Assembly: GCA_023213395.1 (NCBI GenBank)
Contig: CM041465.1
Span: 175,777,741 to 175,841,740, forward strand
Origin: Cycas panzhihuaensis
Lineage: Eukaryota; Plantae; Cycadophyta
DNA length: 64,000 nt
Direction of reading: 5' to 3'
This document shows positions 40,211 to 53,135 of the stretch, piece by piece; position 1 is the stretch's first letter, and each line of letters begins with the position of its first letter. A program made the translations under genes and the position numbers. Under the pieces are notes generated by a model. The model was not told the origin of the DNA. It ran no database searches and saw only the letters and a program-made list of their open reading frames with translations.

Positions 40211-41961
40211 TGAAATCAAATGGAACTAAGATCTATGCTAAGCATCAAAATATAACCAAATGAAATAGCAACATACAAGAAATTCTCTCACTACCATACA
40301 CCACAAAGACACTCGAAAGGGAAAGGAGTATAGCCTCGGGATGGCTAACTCACCCACGGGAGACCTCCATGGAACTCGGGGAAGAAAAACTAGTTGGCAA
40401 CAAGGTAGTGAAGCAACAAACTGTAATAGGGAAAAGAATAACAGGAAAAACTAGGGCTTATGTAGGGCTCAACACCAACATGGGAGACTTCTGGTAATGA
40501 CGTAGTGACGGGTTGCCTATGATAATCTGAACACCCTAACCAAGTTCCCTAAACTCCCTTAGCCCATTCCCTAAGAAAGTGTTGATTGCAAAGGGAAAGA
40601 GGACAAGGGACGGAACCCTTAGGGAGAAGGACAACAATGGGAGACGGAACCCCGCCTATCTCCCTCAAATCCTCTTATGTTACTTCTTTGCACTGGCTAA
40701 CTAAGGAAGAGGTGAAAGAGATAGTTTAAGGAAAATAGAGAGGCTTCAAAAAAACAACGGGAAGATATCACCAATCTAGTGTAACACTATGAGGAAAAAC
40801 TAGCTAACTAAGATCCCATTCATTAACAAACAAAAGAAATAAGAATAAAATGGATTGCAAGTAGAGAACAAGAAGTACCTCGTAGGAAGAAGATCAAGCA
40901 TAAACTTTGCTGCTAGGGAACATCATCAATAACCAACGTATGAGGACTAATCATGAGTGGTTCTTGCAAGAGTGAGAATGAAGAAAACTCCTTGCAAGCT
41001 TGGAGCCTTGAAAGTTGGCTCTTTGGGAAGCTTTTGGGTGAAAATGTCACTTAGATCCTTGAGCACCTGCAAAGAAAGATGGGGCTTCTTTGTGGAGAGT
41101 CAGAGGCAAGAATGGCCTTGCAGTCCAAATTTTGTAGTAATTTTTTTCTCCTTTGTCCAGTCGCTATGTATATAGATTGTCTTTTCTGTGTGTTTCCTTG
41201 TTGAAGAGTCAGAAATTCTTCCAAGAGATTTAAAAAATAGTGAAAAGATATGAAAAAATAGGGAACAAAATCCCCTTTATTCCCCTGTTCATAATAGGTG
41301 AACGTTGGGGATGTCAGGGTGACTCAAATCAATCAATGCCACGCGGCAGTTCTGCAAAAAAATAGAAACTGTCGCGTGGTTCCCTTTTTTTAAATTTCAA
41401 GCGTCAGACTACCAGAACTATGCGCATCACAGAAGATCGCTTACCGCTAAGTTTACAGCGGTATCAGACTAGAAACAAAAAAAAGAGAAAAATAAGCAGA
41501 AACATCAGGTTTTGGGATAAAAACCAAGGCTAAACATAAGTTAGAGAAACTGGGGGAACGCCCAGGCAATGGGTAGGTACCCAAAACAATGCAAAGAGTC
41601 CTAACTAAGGATTAAATCAAGCTTAGGAAGGACTGCAACATAAGCAACACGTTATAACGGGAGCAAACAGGGCTGACAGAAAACATCTCGGGAGACCGTA
41701 GAGACAACGTGGGTGGCTATGCGCCATACGGGGTGTAGCATTCGCTGAGAAATGCCCCCGTTGTGAGTTGTCATAAGTTGATGGTATGCCGTAAGCACAT
41801 GCATTATGAGCAAGTAGAAAAGTAATGCGTACAGGCAGGTATATGTCAAGCAATATACTCTAAATAACTTCAATCAAGCATGGGCAAGAAAAGATAAGAA
41901 AGTATACGTGAACAAACCTACGTCGATGTGTCTTGAGTCCATTCCCAATAGCTGAGAAACA
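39355..41961 (-). repeat. 3' LTR of full-length Tat element
   Basis: TGAAAC...GAAACA; collinear with 53328-55906; adjacent to PPT; internal (TA)n at ~40180-40209. Confidence 0.95.
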
Positions 41962-42321
41962 CTGCCCCCTTGGCAGTAGAGCCTCACTGCTCGGAAGTGC
42001 AACATGATGGCGAATGCTGACAATTAAAGATATGAGTAGCACATGCATATATATATATATATATATAAGCAATAAAGAGCAGCATGTAGACCAAGGGCGT
42101 AGGCAAGTGTCGTGGCGGAACGCATGGACAAGGGAGACAAAGACGAGGACAACGTAGGGTCGCCACACGCCGCCTAAACATCGACCTGTAATTGAAATAA
42201 GCAAGTAAAAGGGGATGCCCCCGTTGCCAAAGTGCAACGTGAAGTAGGAGGGCATCTAGCAAATAGAGCAAACACATCTAACTAACAAAGAATCGAGACT
42301 TAGGGCCGGGCCGCGCAAGCC

Positions 42322-42744
42322 TCAGGGGTGGTTATCTAGAAGAGGGAGGTGATGCTCAAGGATGAGGCAGACGAGGCTGTCGGCCTCAGCATTGAGGTGC
42401 CTAGGGATATGCTGAATATCCACTGACGAGAAACAAGCCAGAAGAGACCTGGCAGCAGACGTGAGCATTCTCAGGTGAGGGCATCGCACCTGGTAGACCT
42501 GGGTGAGATGAGACACCACAACCTGAGAATCACAAAACAACACTATGGACCCACGATGGAAACAGAGAGCATCAGTCAGGGCTTCAATAACGGCCGTGTA
42601 TTCGGCTTCGTTATTGGTAGCCTCGGGAAGAAAGACCTCGGAACACAAGAAATCGTGTCCAGAGGGGCTGCAAAGAATCCACGCAGTAGTAGAAGGTCTG
42701 GGGTTGCCGCGACTTCTACCATCGGTAAAAATGAGAAGGGACAT
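42322..42744 (-). CDS. Additional archaeal-type RNase HI (aRH) of the Tat element, outside pol
   Basis: 140-aa open ORF with IFTDGRSRGNP, TNNEAEY, CDSQVVV and HIPRHLNAEADSL; all four acidic residues (D-E-D-D) and the Arg typical of archaeal-type RNase H are present. Confidence 0.92.
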   Translation of the reverse strand: MSLLIFTDGRSRGNPRPSTTAWILCSPSGHDFLCSEVFLPEATNNEAEYTAVIEALTDALCFHRGSIVLFCDSQVVVSHLTQVYQVRCPHLRMLTSAARSLLACFSSVDIQHIPRHLNAEADSLVCLILEHHLPLLDNHP

Positions 42745-43268
42745 GCCTGAATACTAAGCTTTGGTAGACGAATAATAGTGAAAGTAAAAGAAAGATTCGA
42801 ATGGCGAGCAAAAAGGTGGCCGAGAAGGGTAGGAGGACCTAGCAATGAGGTTACCCAAGAACGAAAGCAAGCAATCTGGCCACTGGCTGAGAGTAGGCGG
42901 AGAAAAGACGCCCTGGAGTGCCAAAGGTTGCTTTGGGAAGTAAAACGTGCTCCCGGACGGGGGAGCATTCCCTCTGGAGATCCCAGGAGCGAGAAAGGAC
43001 TTCGAAAACGAGTCCAGGGCGGCGAAATGAGCCAAACGAGTATAAACTCAGGCATGCATAGGAGTAGCACGTAAAACGATGTAGAAGGGCCCTAGCAAAA
43101 GTGCAATAATGAGGCGCCATAAATGCCCTTACAAGGGAAGGCAAAAAGGGCATCAATAGAGCACAATGGGCGACAGGGCCAGAAAGCAAAGGCTACCAGG
43201 GAAATGGGATGGTCCCAACGACTATTGCGGAGCCAGAAACGGAAGAAGTGCCTATCGGAGCCCCCGCC

Positions 43269-43275
43269 TATATAA
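43269..43275 (+). promoter_or_regulatory. Internal TATA box between the aRH and PMD genes
   Basis: CCTATATAAGG, ~165 bp upstream of the ATG at 43436, preceded by GC-rich CCCCCGCC. Confidence 0.6.
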
Positions 43276-43435
43276 GGAAAACAACTGAAAATCGGATTCA
43301 TTTTCACCAGCTCTCGTACGAAACTAGAGCCTTTTCGTTACGACGCGGAGCGCTACCCGACTTCGGAGGCACGCAGGAGACGATTTGACTGATGGATCCG
43401 AGCATAGTGACAGTCGTTACGACCAACGAGATGAG

Positions 43436-45813
43436 ATGGCGACAGTCAGGCCAGACTTAGTGAGTGGATCTCGCAAAACCTTCCCCATTTCAAAGTTCAA
43501 AATTTAATGCTTTCTAGTTAATTTTATATATTTTTTATGCCCCTTATGGGCAATTAGATGCCTCTCAGAGTCCGAATTGGACCCAGAAAGAGGCGGGGAC
43601 CTGGGCATTAGGGAGCCCTGGTCCTAGTGGGCCCCACGGGAGTCCACCACGAAAAAAAAAAGGGATTTTTTGGGCCGAAACCCCCCCTTTTTGGGGGGTT
43701 GCCGTTCATACCGCGACCAAGATTGTGGCATCGCGATCTTGGCTGCGGGATCACTTTGGAGTAGTACGCAGGCAGAAAACCAGAAAAAACTAGAAAAGGG
43801 GCCAAACAAATTTCAAAAATGTAAAGGAATATCAGAAAGATAGCTAGGAGCCTAGATGACTACTAGGAGGCTGACCTTGACTGACTTTTAATGATTGCAG
43901 GCAGTTATCGCAGTGGATAACTGCGAGAACGTCGGCATGCCGATACTGAGTTACTTAGAGATGGCATCCCAAGAGGACAAGGCGACTCTGAAGAGGTGTG
44001 GCCTATACAAGGCCCTCAAGACCCCCCAGTTCGCATCAGACCAGAGGCTCCTGGTTGACATCGTGTCACACTGGGACAGGAGGAGGCATGTATTTCACTT
44101 GCCTCAGATAGGCGATGTCACGATCACCCTAGGAGATATCAGGTGGATCCTGGGAGTTCCAGCGACAGAGAGGCGAGTGGTGAGCGCCGCCAGCACCGAG
44201 GCGACACGTGAGGCGGCCTAGTTCCTCACAGGGACTGACAGGTAGGAGCGGAGGGGAGCTCCCCTCCAGACTATGCTCATGTCCAGGATTCCTCGGGCGA
44301 GGAAGTTGATACTACTATGCATTCTGTTCCGGATTTCCCAGAAATAGAACTACAGGGAGATCCCCAGAGGTTGGGTGGATGCAGCGCGCTGGTATGAGGC
44401 CAGTGAGAGGATGGATTGGGCCACTCTAGTTGCGGTGAACCTCGTCGCCCAGCTAGACACCATCCGGAGATCCGGCAGAGGAGGGTTTTCTTACAAAGAC
44501 GCTGGCAAAGGTCGCTTTTTTATTATTTTGCAGCAGTGGCACTAATAGGGGGGCCATTACCCATAGCAGAGTGGGCCCCGATGGTCCACAAATGGCAGAC
44601 GAGGCTCCGAGGGATAGAGGATCAGACCCATGTCTGTCGGTCGGTCGATGCGACATCACTCGACCTCCTCACTCCGGCTGCATACAATAGAGCCCCAGAG
44701 CGGTGAGGTGGGAGAGTGGCAGCGGTGAGCAGGAGTGCCCATCGACGACGATGATGATGACGACAGCGATGATGATAGCAGCGATGACGGTGATGATGGG
44801 GGAGATGGGGTTGGCCCATCACAACCTGCAGGAGAGGCAGGTCTATCACGGTCGATAGGAGGAGCAGCAGGACCATCCGGGACTGCCGGAGGAGGGCAGC
44901 CCATCGAGCCCGAGGCGGCAGGTGCCCGAGATCAGGGGTCGCAGACTACGGATCGTGAGGAGATCCGGAGAGGCGAGGGTCGAGCCAGTCCTTGCTAGGG
45001 GCAAGGTAGAGGCAGAGGATGTACCTAAGGACGAGGTACCTGCAGCTGGCAGAGGGCCAGGAGACGAGGATGTCACCCGAGCAGAGGAGCCAACGGCCGC
45101 GGCAGGTGAGACCTAACCGTTTCCTTAGTCGTTTGACATCTAGATAGATACTTGATTTCATCTCATTATGGTATGCAGTGAAGATATATACTAACACACG
45201 GCATGTTGCATTGACAGGAGTAGTAGAGGTCCGGAGACTGGTGGAGGCTATGGTGAGGGAGATGTTCCTCGTTCACGCAGAGGGGCAACCGCCCATCCAG
45301 GCGGAGGATGCACCCAGGTTGGCAGGAGCCCACATGCAGGCATTCGCCCTACTGGAAAGGGTGAGAGACATCTGGGCTATAGAGACCCAGGAGCACATGG
45401 CATTCCAGGGACAGCTGCAGCAAGAGCTCGACATGGCCAGGGGCGAGCGGGATGAGCTATGCAGACGAGTCCAGGCCTTAGACGCTCGGAGCGGACTAGA
45501 GGCGAGGGAGCAAGATCCGCCTAACATCTTGGAGGAGTGCCTTAAGGTGACAGAGGAGAAGTTTCGGAGTATGGAGGAGGGACTCCGGGGAGAGAGGGAT
45601 CGCATCCAGGTCCGATACGACTAGCTAGTAGCGCAGATGGTCTCGAGGTCGAGTAGGAGCCAGACCCATACACACATAGCGACTACGACCCTGAGACGAC
45701 CTCGGGACGAGGGGAGCGAGGCGGGCAGCTCGCGGAGGCCCAAGAGGAGCCTCGAAGGGATGTGGTCCCTAGGAGAGGGATCACGTACTGTGGATGGCAC
45801 CCGAGGATCGTGA
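43436..45813 (+). pseudogene. Three-exon antisense Plant Mobile Domain (PMD, MAIN/MAIL-like) + acidic linker + coiled-coil gene, disabled in this copy
   Basis: Predicted exons 43436-43459, 43901-45105 and 45218-45813; introns GTGAGT...TTGCAG (phase 0) and GTGAGA...CTAAC...GACAG (phase 1) both preserve frame. PMD motifs DQRLLVDIVSHWDRRRHVFHLPQIGDVTITLGDIRWILGVP, MDWATLVAVNLVAQLD and IILQQW. In-frame TAGs (e.g. 44219, 45622) and small frameshifts. Confidence 0.82.
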
Positions 45814-46511
45814 TGTAGAGTGAGATGAGATGTATATATATGGTTTTGACGAGAAAGCACGGGCCTCGAGGGGGTCATATGTAGGCTTACATGATTGTAC
45901 CCCCCTTGTAAGGATCCCGGCTTCCCACATGCATGATGTACCATGACATTTTGACATATATATATATATATATACGGGGTAATTGGAACCCCATTTTAAC
46001 ATGAAATGGTGTGTATCATGTATGATAGAGATAGCATGTATAGTTTACTTTTGTAAATGAATATTTTTTGTATGTTGTAAATGTAAATATGTAAATATGT
46101 TTTGTTATAAGTATTTTGTTGTAAATATGCATGTATTTCCTTCCATGTATGGCTATATGTCTAACAGGAGCACACACGTCCACCGTAAGCAGAGGTGATC
46201 GAGAGGTGTGAGGTTAGAAATAGAGCGACATGTACATCCACGGAGGAGAATAGCGAAATATGCGAAGGAAACGACAGGCATGAAAGGGGAGTGACGATAC
46301 TCCACGGCGTCGTCCTAGTCGGGGGATGCCCAAATAGGAGGACAAAGGTTCCCAAGAGCACACGGGAACGCGGGTTCCGCGTGAGGAACTGGAAGAAGAA
46401 GCAAAAATCCATCTTAAATTGCTATTCTACCCATGGTTGGAAGGAATAGGAACAATTTAAAACGGTAGTTTAGGCTCATTTTGGAGCATGGTGGAGAAAA
46501 GAGCGGAAAGA

Positions 46512-49500
46512 TCATGCGTGAAACTTCTTAAGGAATTTTTCGTTGGCTGCTTTCTCAAATTCCAAGCTGTCTAAGGTGGCGATCCTGTATGCGCCGTTAT
46601 AGAGGCTTTTGAGAACGACGAAGGGGCCTACCTAATTGGGCCTGAATTTGGCCAAGCGATCGTAAAGGTACTCCAATTTGAGGACGTGGTCCCCGGGGCA
46701 CAAAGGACGAGCACGAAGACATTTGTCGTGTGTCCTTTGCAAGTGGGCTTTCGAAGTGAGGTTCGCTTGATAAGTCGTTAAGCGCCTCTCATCCAGGGCT
46801 TCGAGGTATAGGAGACGAGCCTGGCGAATAGACTCCTCGTCAATGAGGCCTCAAAGGGAAACCCAAAGAGAGGGGATCTCCACTTCCAGTGGGAGTATCG
46901 CCTCAGTTCCATAGACTAACAAGAATGGGGTCATTCCGGTAGCCGTGCGGATGGAAGTGCGATAAGCCCACAAGGTGGAAGGGAGTTGGATGTGCCAATC
47001 CCTTTGCGACTGGGCGACGATTTTCTTTAAAATGCTGACGAGCATTTTGTTGAAGGATTCAACTTGCTCGTTTTCTTGGGGGTAATAAGGGGATGACGTC
47101 TTATGCGATATCTTAAATTTCTCACACAATTCGTCAATTTCCTTATTACAGAAAGAAGTTCCATTATCCGTGATTAGGATATATGGAATCCCGAAACGAC
47201 AGATAATATGCTGGTAGACGAAGGTGGCTATCATTTTACTAGGGGTAGTGGATAGGGGGATTGCCTCTGCCCATGTAGTGAAGTATTCGGTAGCGGTTAG
47301 GATATATTTATGTTGTGCAGAAGATGGCGGCGATATAGCCCCAATGAGGTCTAAGCCCCATTGAGAAAAGGGCCATGGAGACACGATAGGGTGCAACGCC
47401 TCGGAAGGTATGTGAGAGACATTGGCATGCTTCTGACATCGCCGACATCTAAGGGCACAGGCGTGGGCATCCTTGAACAAGGACGGCCAGTAATAACCCA
47501 TGCGGAGGATCCTTTGGGCCATGGATTGGCCCCCAAAGTGGCCCCCACAAATGCCATGATGGCATTCGCGGAGTATATGGTCCGCTTCGTCAGGAGCGAC
47601 GTAGTGAAGCAGGATCCTATCGAAGGACCTCTTGTACAACACTTCATCCACGAGAAAGTGTTGCCTAGCAGTGGCACGGATACGCGATCTAACCTTGTTA
47701 CTAGCTTTAGGGCGATATTCTTGCTGAGTGAGATATCACACAATGTCACCATACCAATCGTTGCCGGCGAGTGGGTGAGGAGAAGCATCGTGGACGGTCA
47801 TGATAGACTCGTCCGAGAAAGAGTCATCAACAGGAACGCCGCTCGCGTTGGGAATGGCAGCATCGGTTAATTGCTCTGCTACTATCATTCCTTTCTTCGA
47901 CTTCCTGTTAATGACTTGCAAGTCGAACTCTTAAAGCAGGACGGCCCAACGACCTGCCCTACCTGTCAAGTCCGAACGAGTAAGTAAGTAACGCAAGGGA
48001 TCGGATTGAATGATCACCTTGGTTGTATTGCCGAGCAAGTAATGCCTAAACTTCTTGGTCACATGGACTAAGGAGAGGCATTCCTTTTCGGTGGGGGGAT
48101 AGTTTAATTCAGCGGTAGCGAGAGTGCGGCTGATGAAATAAATAGCCCTCTCAGTTCCCGAATCATCCTCCTGTGCGAGCATTGCGCCCAGGGATTCATC
48201 GGTTGCCGAGGTGTATATGATGAAGGGTCTATCAAAGCGAGGAGGCACCAGCGTAGGGGCAGAAACGAGAGCTTCCTTGAGCCCTACGAAGGCCTTTTGG
48301 GTCTTGTCTAACCAAACAAAAGGGGCTCATTTCTTCAATAGGTTCATAAGAGGCTTGGTGTTTATGGCGAAATTTGCCAAGAAATGCCTCAGAAAACCAA
48401 GCCTGCCTAGGAACGATTTAATTTGTCGTTGGGTCCTAGGCGGTGGTATGTCAAGGATTGCCTTGACTTTTTCGGGATCAATTTAGATTCCTTGTTGGGA
48501 CGCGAGGAAACCTAAGAGTTTGCCTGAAGTGACGGTAAATACGCATTTTAGTGGGTTCAGGCTAACGTGATACTTGCGGCATCTTGTGAAGATGGCGCGC
48601 AAATCGGAGGGATGATGGGCTCTGGTATATGAAAGGCCCATCATATCATCCATGAAGACCTCCAACGTATTGTTGATGAGGTCGTAAAAGATAAAATGCA
48701 TGGCTCTTTGATAAGTAGCCCCTGCATTCTTAAGACCAAAGGGCATTGCCTTATAGGCAAAGGTACCCCATGGCATAGTGAAGGTCATCTTATAGCGGTC
48801 TTTAGGAGAAATTTGAATCTGGTTATAGCCGGAGAAGTCGTCCATCAAGGATATAACTTCAAATCTAGCCGTACGATCGATTATTTGATCAATGAAGGGA
48901 AGAGGGAAGTTGTCCTTAGGACAAGCATTATTTATGTCACGAAAATTGATACAAATACAAATGGTCCCATTCTTCTTAGCAACGGGAACGATATTCGATA
49001 CCCACTTAGGGTAATCGATGGAAGAAATGAGTCCCGCGTCTAGAAGCTTCTCAACCTCCATCTTAACGGCAACTGAAAGCTTCAGGTGAAGGGGACGCTA
49101 CTTCTGACACACTGGGCGAGCATCAGGAACGGTCGTAAGGTTATGGGTGACGATGGAGGGGTCAATGCCCTTCATGTCCGAGTAGTCCCATGCGAATACA
49201 TCACAGAATTCCTGGAACAGGAGGGAGTATTCCCTCATTTCGTCAGGAGTACATTCCGCTCCTACCTTGATGACCTTGTCCGGGGTAAGGACTATGTCCT
49301 AAGTTGCCCCCATGCACATGGCATTCCCCTCCTCGAAATGGAGGGGGGCAAGATCGACCGGAAGAGAGGAAATGGAAGAAGGGATTGGGTCGGCTAAAGT
49401 GGACCCAATCGCTAAGACCTTCTGGTGGCCAAGCTTGTGGTGACCAGGAAGCAAACTGGGCATGAAACCTGCTAAGTGCTCTAGTAAAGCCTCATCGTCT

Positions 49501-52500
49501 TTGAAGTAGTCCACCCCATGGATGACCTAACTTCGAATGGATGAGGTGCGGGATAGTGTGGGAGTGATAAGACCGGTATGGCCTGAAAGCTGCCCATTAT
49601 CCCTAAGAGACTCTGAAGGAGAGTCAAGGAGAGGTCCCTCGTAAAAGGTAAGAGGGAAACTCTCAACATCATCACCTGCAGGAGGTGATGGGATGGAAGA
49701 ACCAGGAATGTGATGATCGACATGTGCAATGTCATGTGACAGGTGAAAATGACTAGGCTCTATAACAAAAGGGATCATAGGAGGAAACCTAGAACTAGGA
49801 GGATGCCCCACACTAGTGCGGAGAAATGAAACTGGGTGAGGATGATCCTCATCCTCGCTATGGGACCCGTCATCGTCAAACATGGCGAGGTACCCATAGC
49901 TCCCGATACCAATGGGGGCGAAACGCATCAAATCAGGAGAAGAAGATATGGGACCTTCTTCGCGGTAAGAGGAATCAGGGATTCCAATGGAGCAAGTCGA
50001 GACATGGTCGGAAGGGCGTTTGTTTCCCTTCGTATGGCCATGGCTTGCTTAGGAAGAAGGCCTAGCTTGTTTGGTGAGCGATCGCTCGTAGGAGACAACT
50101 TTCATTTGCCCGTTATGGACAAATTTAAGTTGCCCCCAACGGGTGGAACACACAGCTCCCATTTGGTCAAGCCACGGTCGACCTAGAAGCAAGTTGTAAT
50201 CAACGTCAACATCGAGGATGACGATGTCAGTAATGACAGTCTTGTCCTCGAGAGTAAGAGGTATCGAGACAGATCCCAAGGGAGTCTTCTCGCTGCCGTC
50301 ATAACCCTGACAATGCCATGGAATAGGTTCCAAGGCAGAAATGCCAAGCTCTTGCATAACGCGCAAGGGCATGGCATCACCAAGAACAGCTTGTCCACGA
50401 CGGTTCTTCGCAACGCAATCGTGGAGTATCTATGGTAATGGTGAAAGGGAAGTTCCACCGCGCCCTTCCACTAGATGCGGGAAGATCTCTGGGATCGAAA
50501 GAGATGACGGGTTCGCAGCTTTGGGTTGTGCCCAAGGCATAAACAGACGCGTCATTCGATCCTAGAGCTTCCAAGAGGAGCGTTTGCTGCTCGGGACAAC
50601 TTCTCAAGACATCCATGATGGACATCCCGGCAGCCACAGTAAGAAGCTCTTTGACTACGGAGAAGGGCTTACCCCTCCCTGTGGGTTGGGTAAGGGCTCT
50701 CCTAAAGTCCAATCTACCGGGGCGGACAAGAATGCTCTTGGGAAGTGCAAGAATCTTTGGAGGAATGGCTTCTGGAGGAGGATCGAGTTGCGAGGTAGAC
50801 GCGGAGGCGCCTGTTGCCTCCTTTGCAACTTGAGACTGGGTCAATGCGTAAAGGGGAGTGGTCTCAAGCATTTGGATCACCTTCTTTCCCTTGTCACGGG
50901 ACCGCGAAGGTGATGGAGCATGGCGCCGTGAGCCTTGAAGGGGAAGACGGCCTTCGCACACCCTTCCCTCTACCATGCGAAGAGCGAGAATTGGGGGATC
51001 TGTCTCGATTCTGATTGTTCCTTTATTGAGCATTACGACCACGTTCCCCATGTTTGGGAATGAGTCTCTATAAACGGGTTGATTGAGGTTAGGCCTCGAT
51101 GCCCGCCTAGGGGACGAATCGTGCGGCGGGGCGTCGCGTGGGTGCTACGCCCAACAACGTGAATCATCGTGGAAACACTCCCCGTGGATGGAACACCACC
51201 TCTTCTCAAGGGGAGGATCGATCCTCCTTGCTTGAGAAGGTTGGATGTTACCCCCTTTGGGGGGCACCGCACGGGAAGCCTGCTGAACTGATTTATTTGA
51301 GGTCGATGATGAAGGAGGTTGGAGTTTAAGCTCCTTCATCATGCGCTCGAATGAGCAAATAGCAGAGGTAAGAGGATCTAGGGTCCTCTCAGTCGGATGA
51401 GAGGTGGGCTCTAGCTGCCAAGGTTTGGTTTCCTTCATCGGGAGGCGCCTCACCAAGGCTGTGAGGGCTTAGGAGGTTTCTTGAGTCCAACTTAGATCTC
51501 AATGGCCTCCAACGCCAAACACCTCGTAATCACGGAGTCACATGTGGTTGCCCCCATCTTAAGGACTTCCACATGCACTTCGTATGGCGTTGATTTAAGA
51601 GATCTCGCTTCAACTCTTCAGGCAAAGTGGCATTGGTAGAGTGAAGGAGATCATGAAAGCGTCGCACAAAGTCACGATTTATTTCATCATGACCTTGTTT
51701 AAGCGACATGAGTGCTTTCATTCCGCTTTCGAATGGACAGGCCACGTTAAAATAGTTGACGAACTCGTCCACCAATTGTTGGAACGAAGAAATCGAATGG
51801 GCAGGGAGACGGTAAAACCACTTGAGGGCGTCGCCCTGCAAAGATTGTGAAAATAGCTTCATCAAAATATGGTCGTAAGCCCAATAATCGATGCACGCCA
51901 TAGAGAAACTATGTACGTGCTCAGTTGGTTCCTGCGATGAAGTTTCGTCAAATTTAGGAACTTCAGGAGGGTGAGGCAGCAGGTTAGTCCTTAGCGCCTC
52001 AACAGATAATGGCGTTGACCTATAGTCCATGAAAGGACGTGTCCTCACATGGGCTAACGAATCGACGACCGGTAAAGGAATGGATGGGAGTGGTAAACCC
52101 ATCCCTCCTTGGGGGAATGCCTCTTGTTGGAAAGGGGGTTACGGGGAAACGCCTTGGAAGGGAGGTATGTTCCCTTACGAAGACGCGGCAATAGGAGTCG
52201 CACTAGATGGCGGAAATGAAGGGTGAGGGACCGGGTTTTGCCCATATGGGCCACCTGTAGGCGGTGCAACCCCATATGGGTGTAACGGGTCCACCTCAGA
52301 AAGTGAAGATGGTTTCCCCTACCCTGCCCCCAAGGTTGAGACGTGTAACCTGGGGGCACGTAAAGGGAAGAACCACCAGCAGGGTTTTGAACGTATGTAG
52401 GAGTGGGTCCTACATAGTTGATGGCAGTAGCCCTAGTAGGACCTGGAGGCCTACTAGGGAACGCATGCACCACGTTTGAAGGCGGCGCATTCGTTTGACT

Positions 52501-53135
52501 CAGAAACGACATGCTAACCCCGAGTTGGGGAAAGGACATGCCACGAATGGGTCCTGAAGAAGTAGGACCATGGCTAGAAGTAAGCGGCACAACGCTCACC
52601 CTAAGAACCGGGGTAGACACGGCATAGGACGAGTGTGTGCAGGTAGAAGCATCATTCGTTGTATGAGGCGCAGGTATGGATGAAGAAGATGCTACATTGC
52701 GCAACATTTCTTCAAACCACCTAGGATGCAGTTGGCGGCGAATTGTTCGGAAGTACTCGCTGAGCACTTTGACTACGTCAACAGGAGGTGTGTCCTCGTA
52801 ACCATACGAAGTCGATGGGATCTCGAATGTCGGGGATCCCTCAGGACGCTCCTCATAAGGCTCACCCGTAGGATGGTGAGCCTCGTAAGGAGCTGAATCT
52901 TCCGCTGCATGAGCGGAATGATGAAAGTCAGCAGTGTGAAACTGGTCATCTGGATAGTAGATGGAATCATCGCCCCCATGAGTAGATTCTGGATAGATGC
53001 GGGGAGCTCTTTAGTTCCCGAAGCCATGGTATGGTAAGCCCAATCGTACAGGTAACCTTCCATTATCGAATCGGGGTTCAACGACGGAAGGGAACGAGGC
53101 AATTGGTCTTCTGACAACGGCAGTAGACCTCGCAA
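46512..53135 (-). pseudogene. gag-pol of full-length Tat element (stops and frameshifts)
   Basis: Gag (51530-52102; Zn-knuckle-like WCSIHGECFHDDSRCW ~51190), protease (50049-50372), RT (48483-49061, VFMDD), RNase H (47931-48248), integrase (46851-47651, HHGICGGH, WGLDLIG, ITDNG), ending KFLKKFHA* at 46512. Confidence 0.93.

Noticed and set aside
41395-41480. Locally much more divergent, indel-rich patch between the two Tat LTRs (vs ~55345-55430)
   Set aside because: Scattered indels next to a hairpin and homopolymers look like a consensus or sequencing error; not interpretable without reads.
39736-41873. Short ORFs repeated in both LTRs (also 53957-55818)
   Set aside because: Recurrence follows from LTR duplication; starts and stops differ between copies and no domain is evident.
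47361-52479. Many plus-strand ORFs (e.g. 47361-47870, 48696-49043)
   Set aside because: Shadow ORFs opposite the GC-rich gag-pol, with no recognisable domains.
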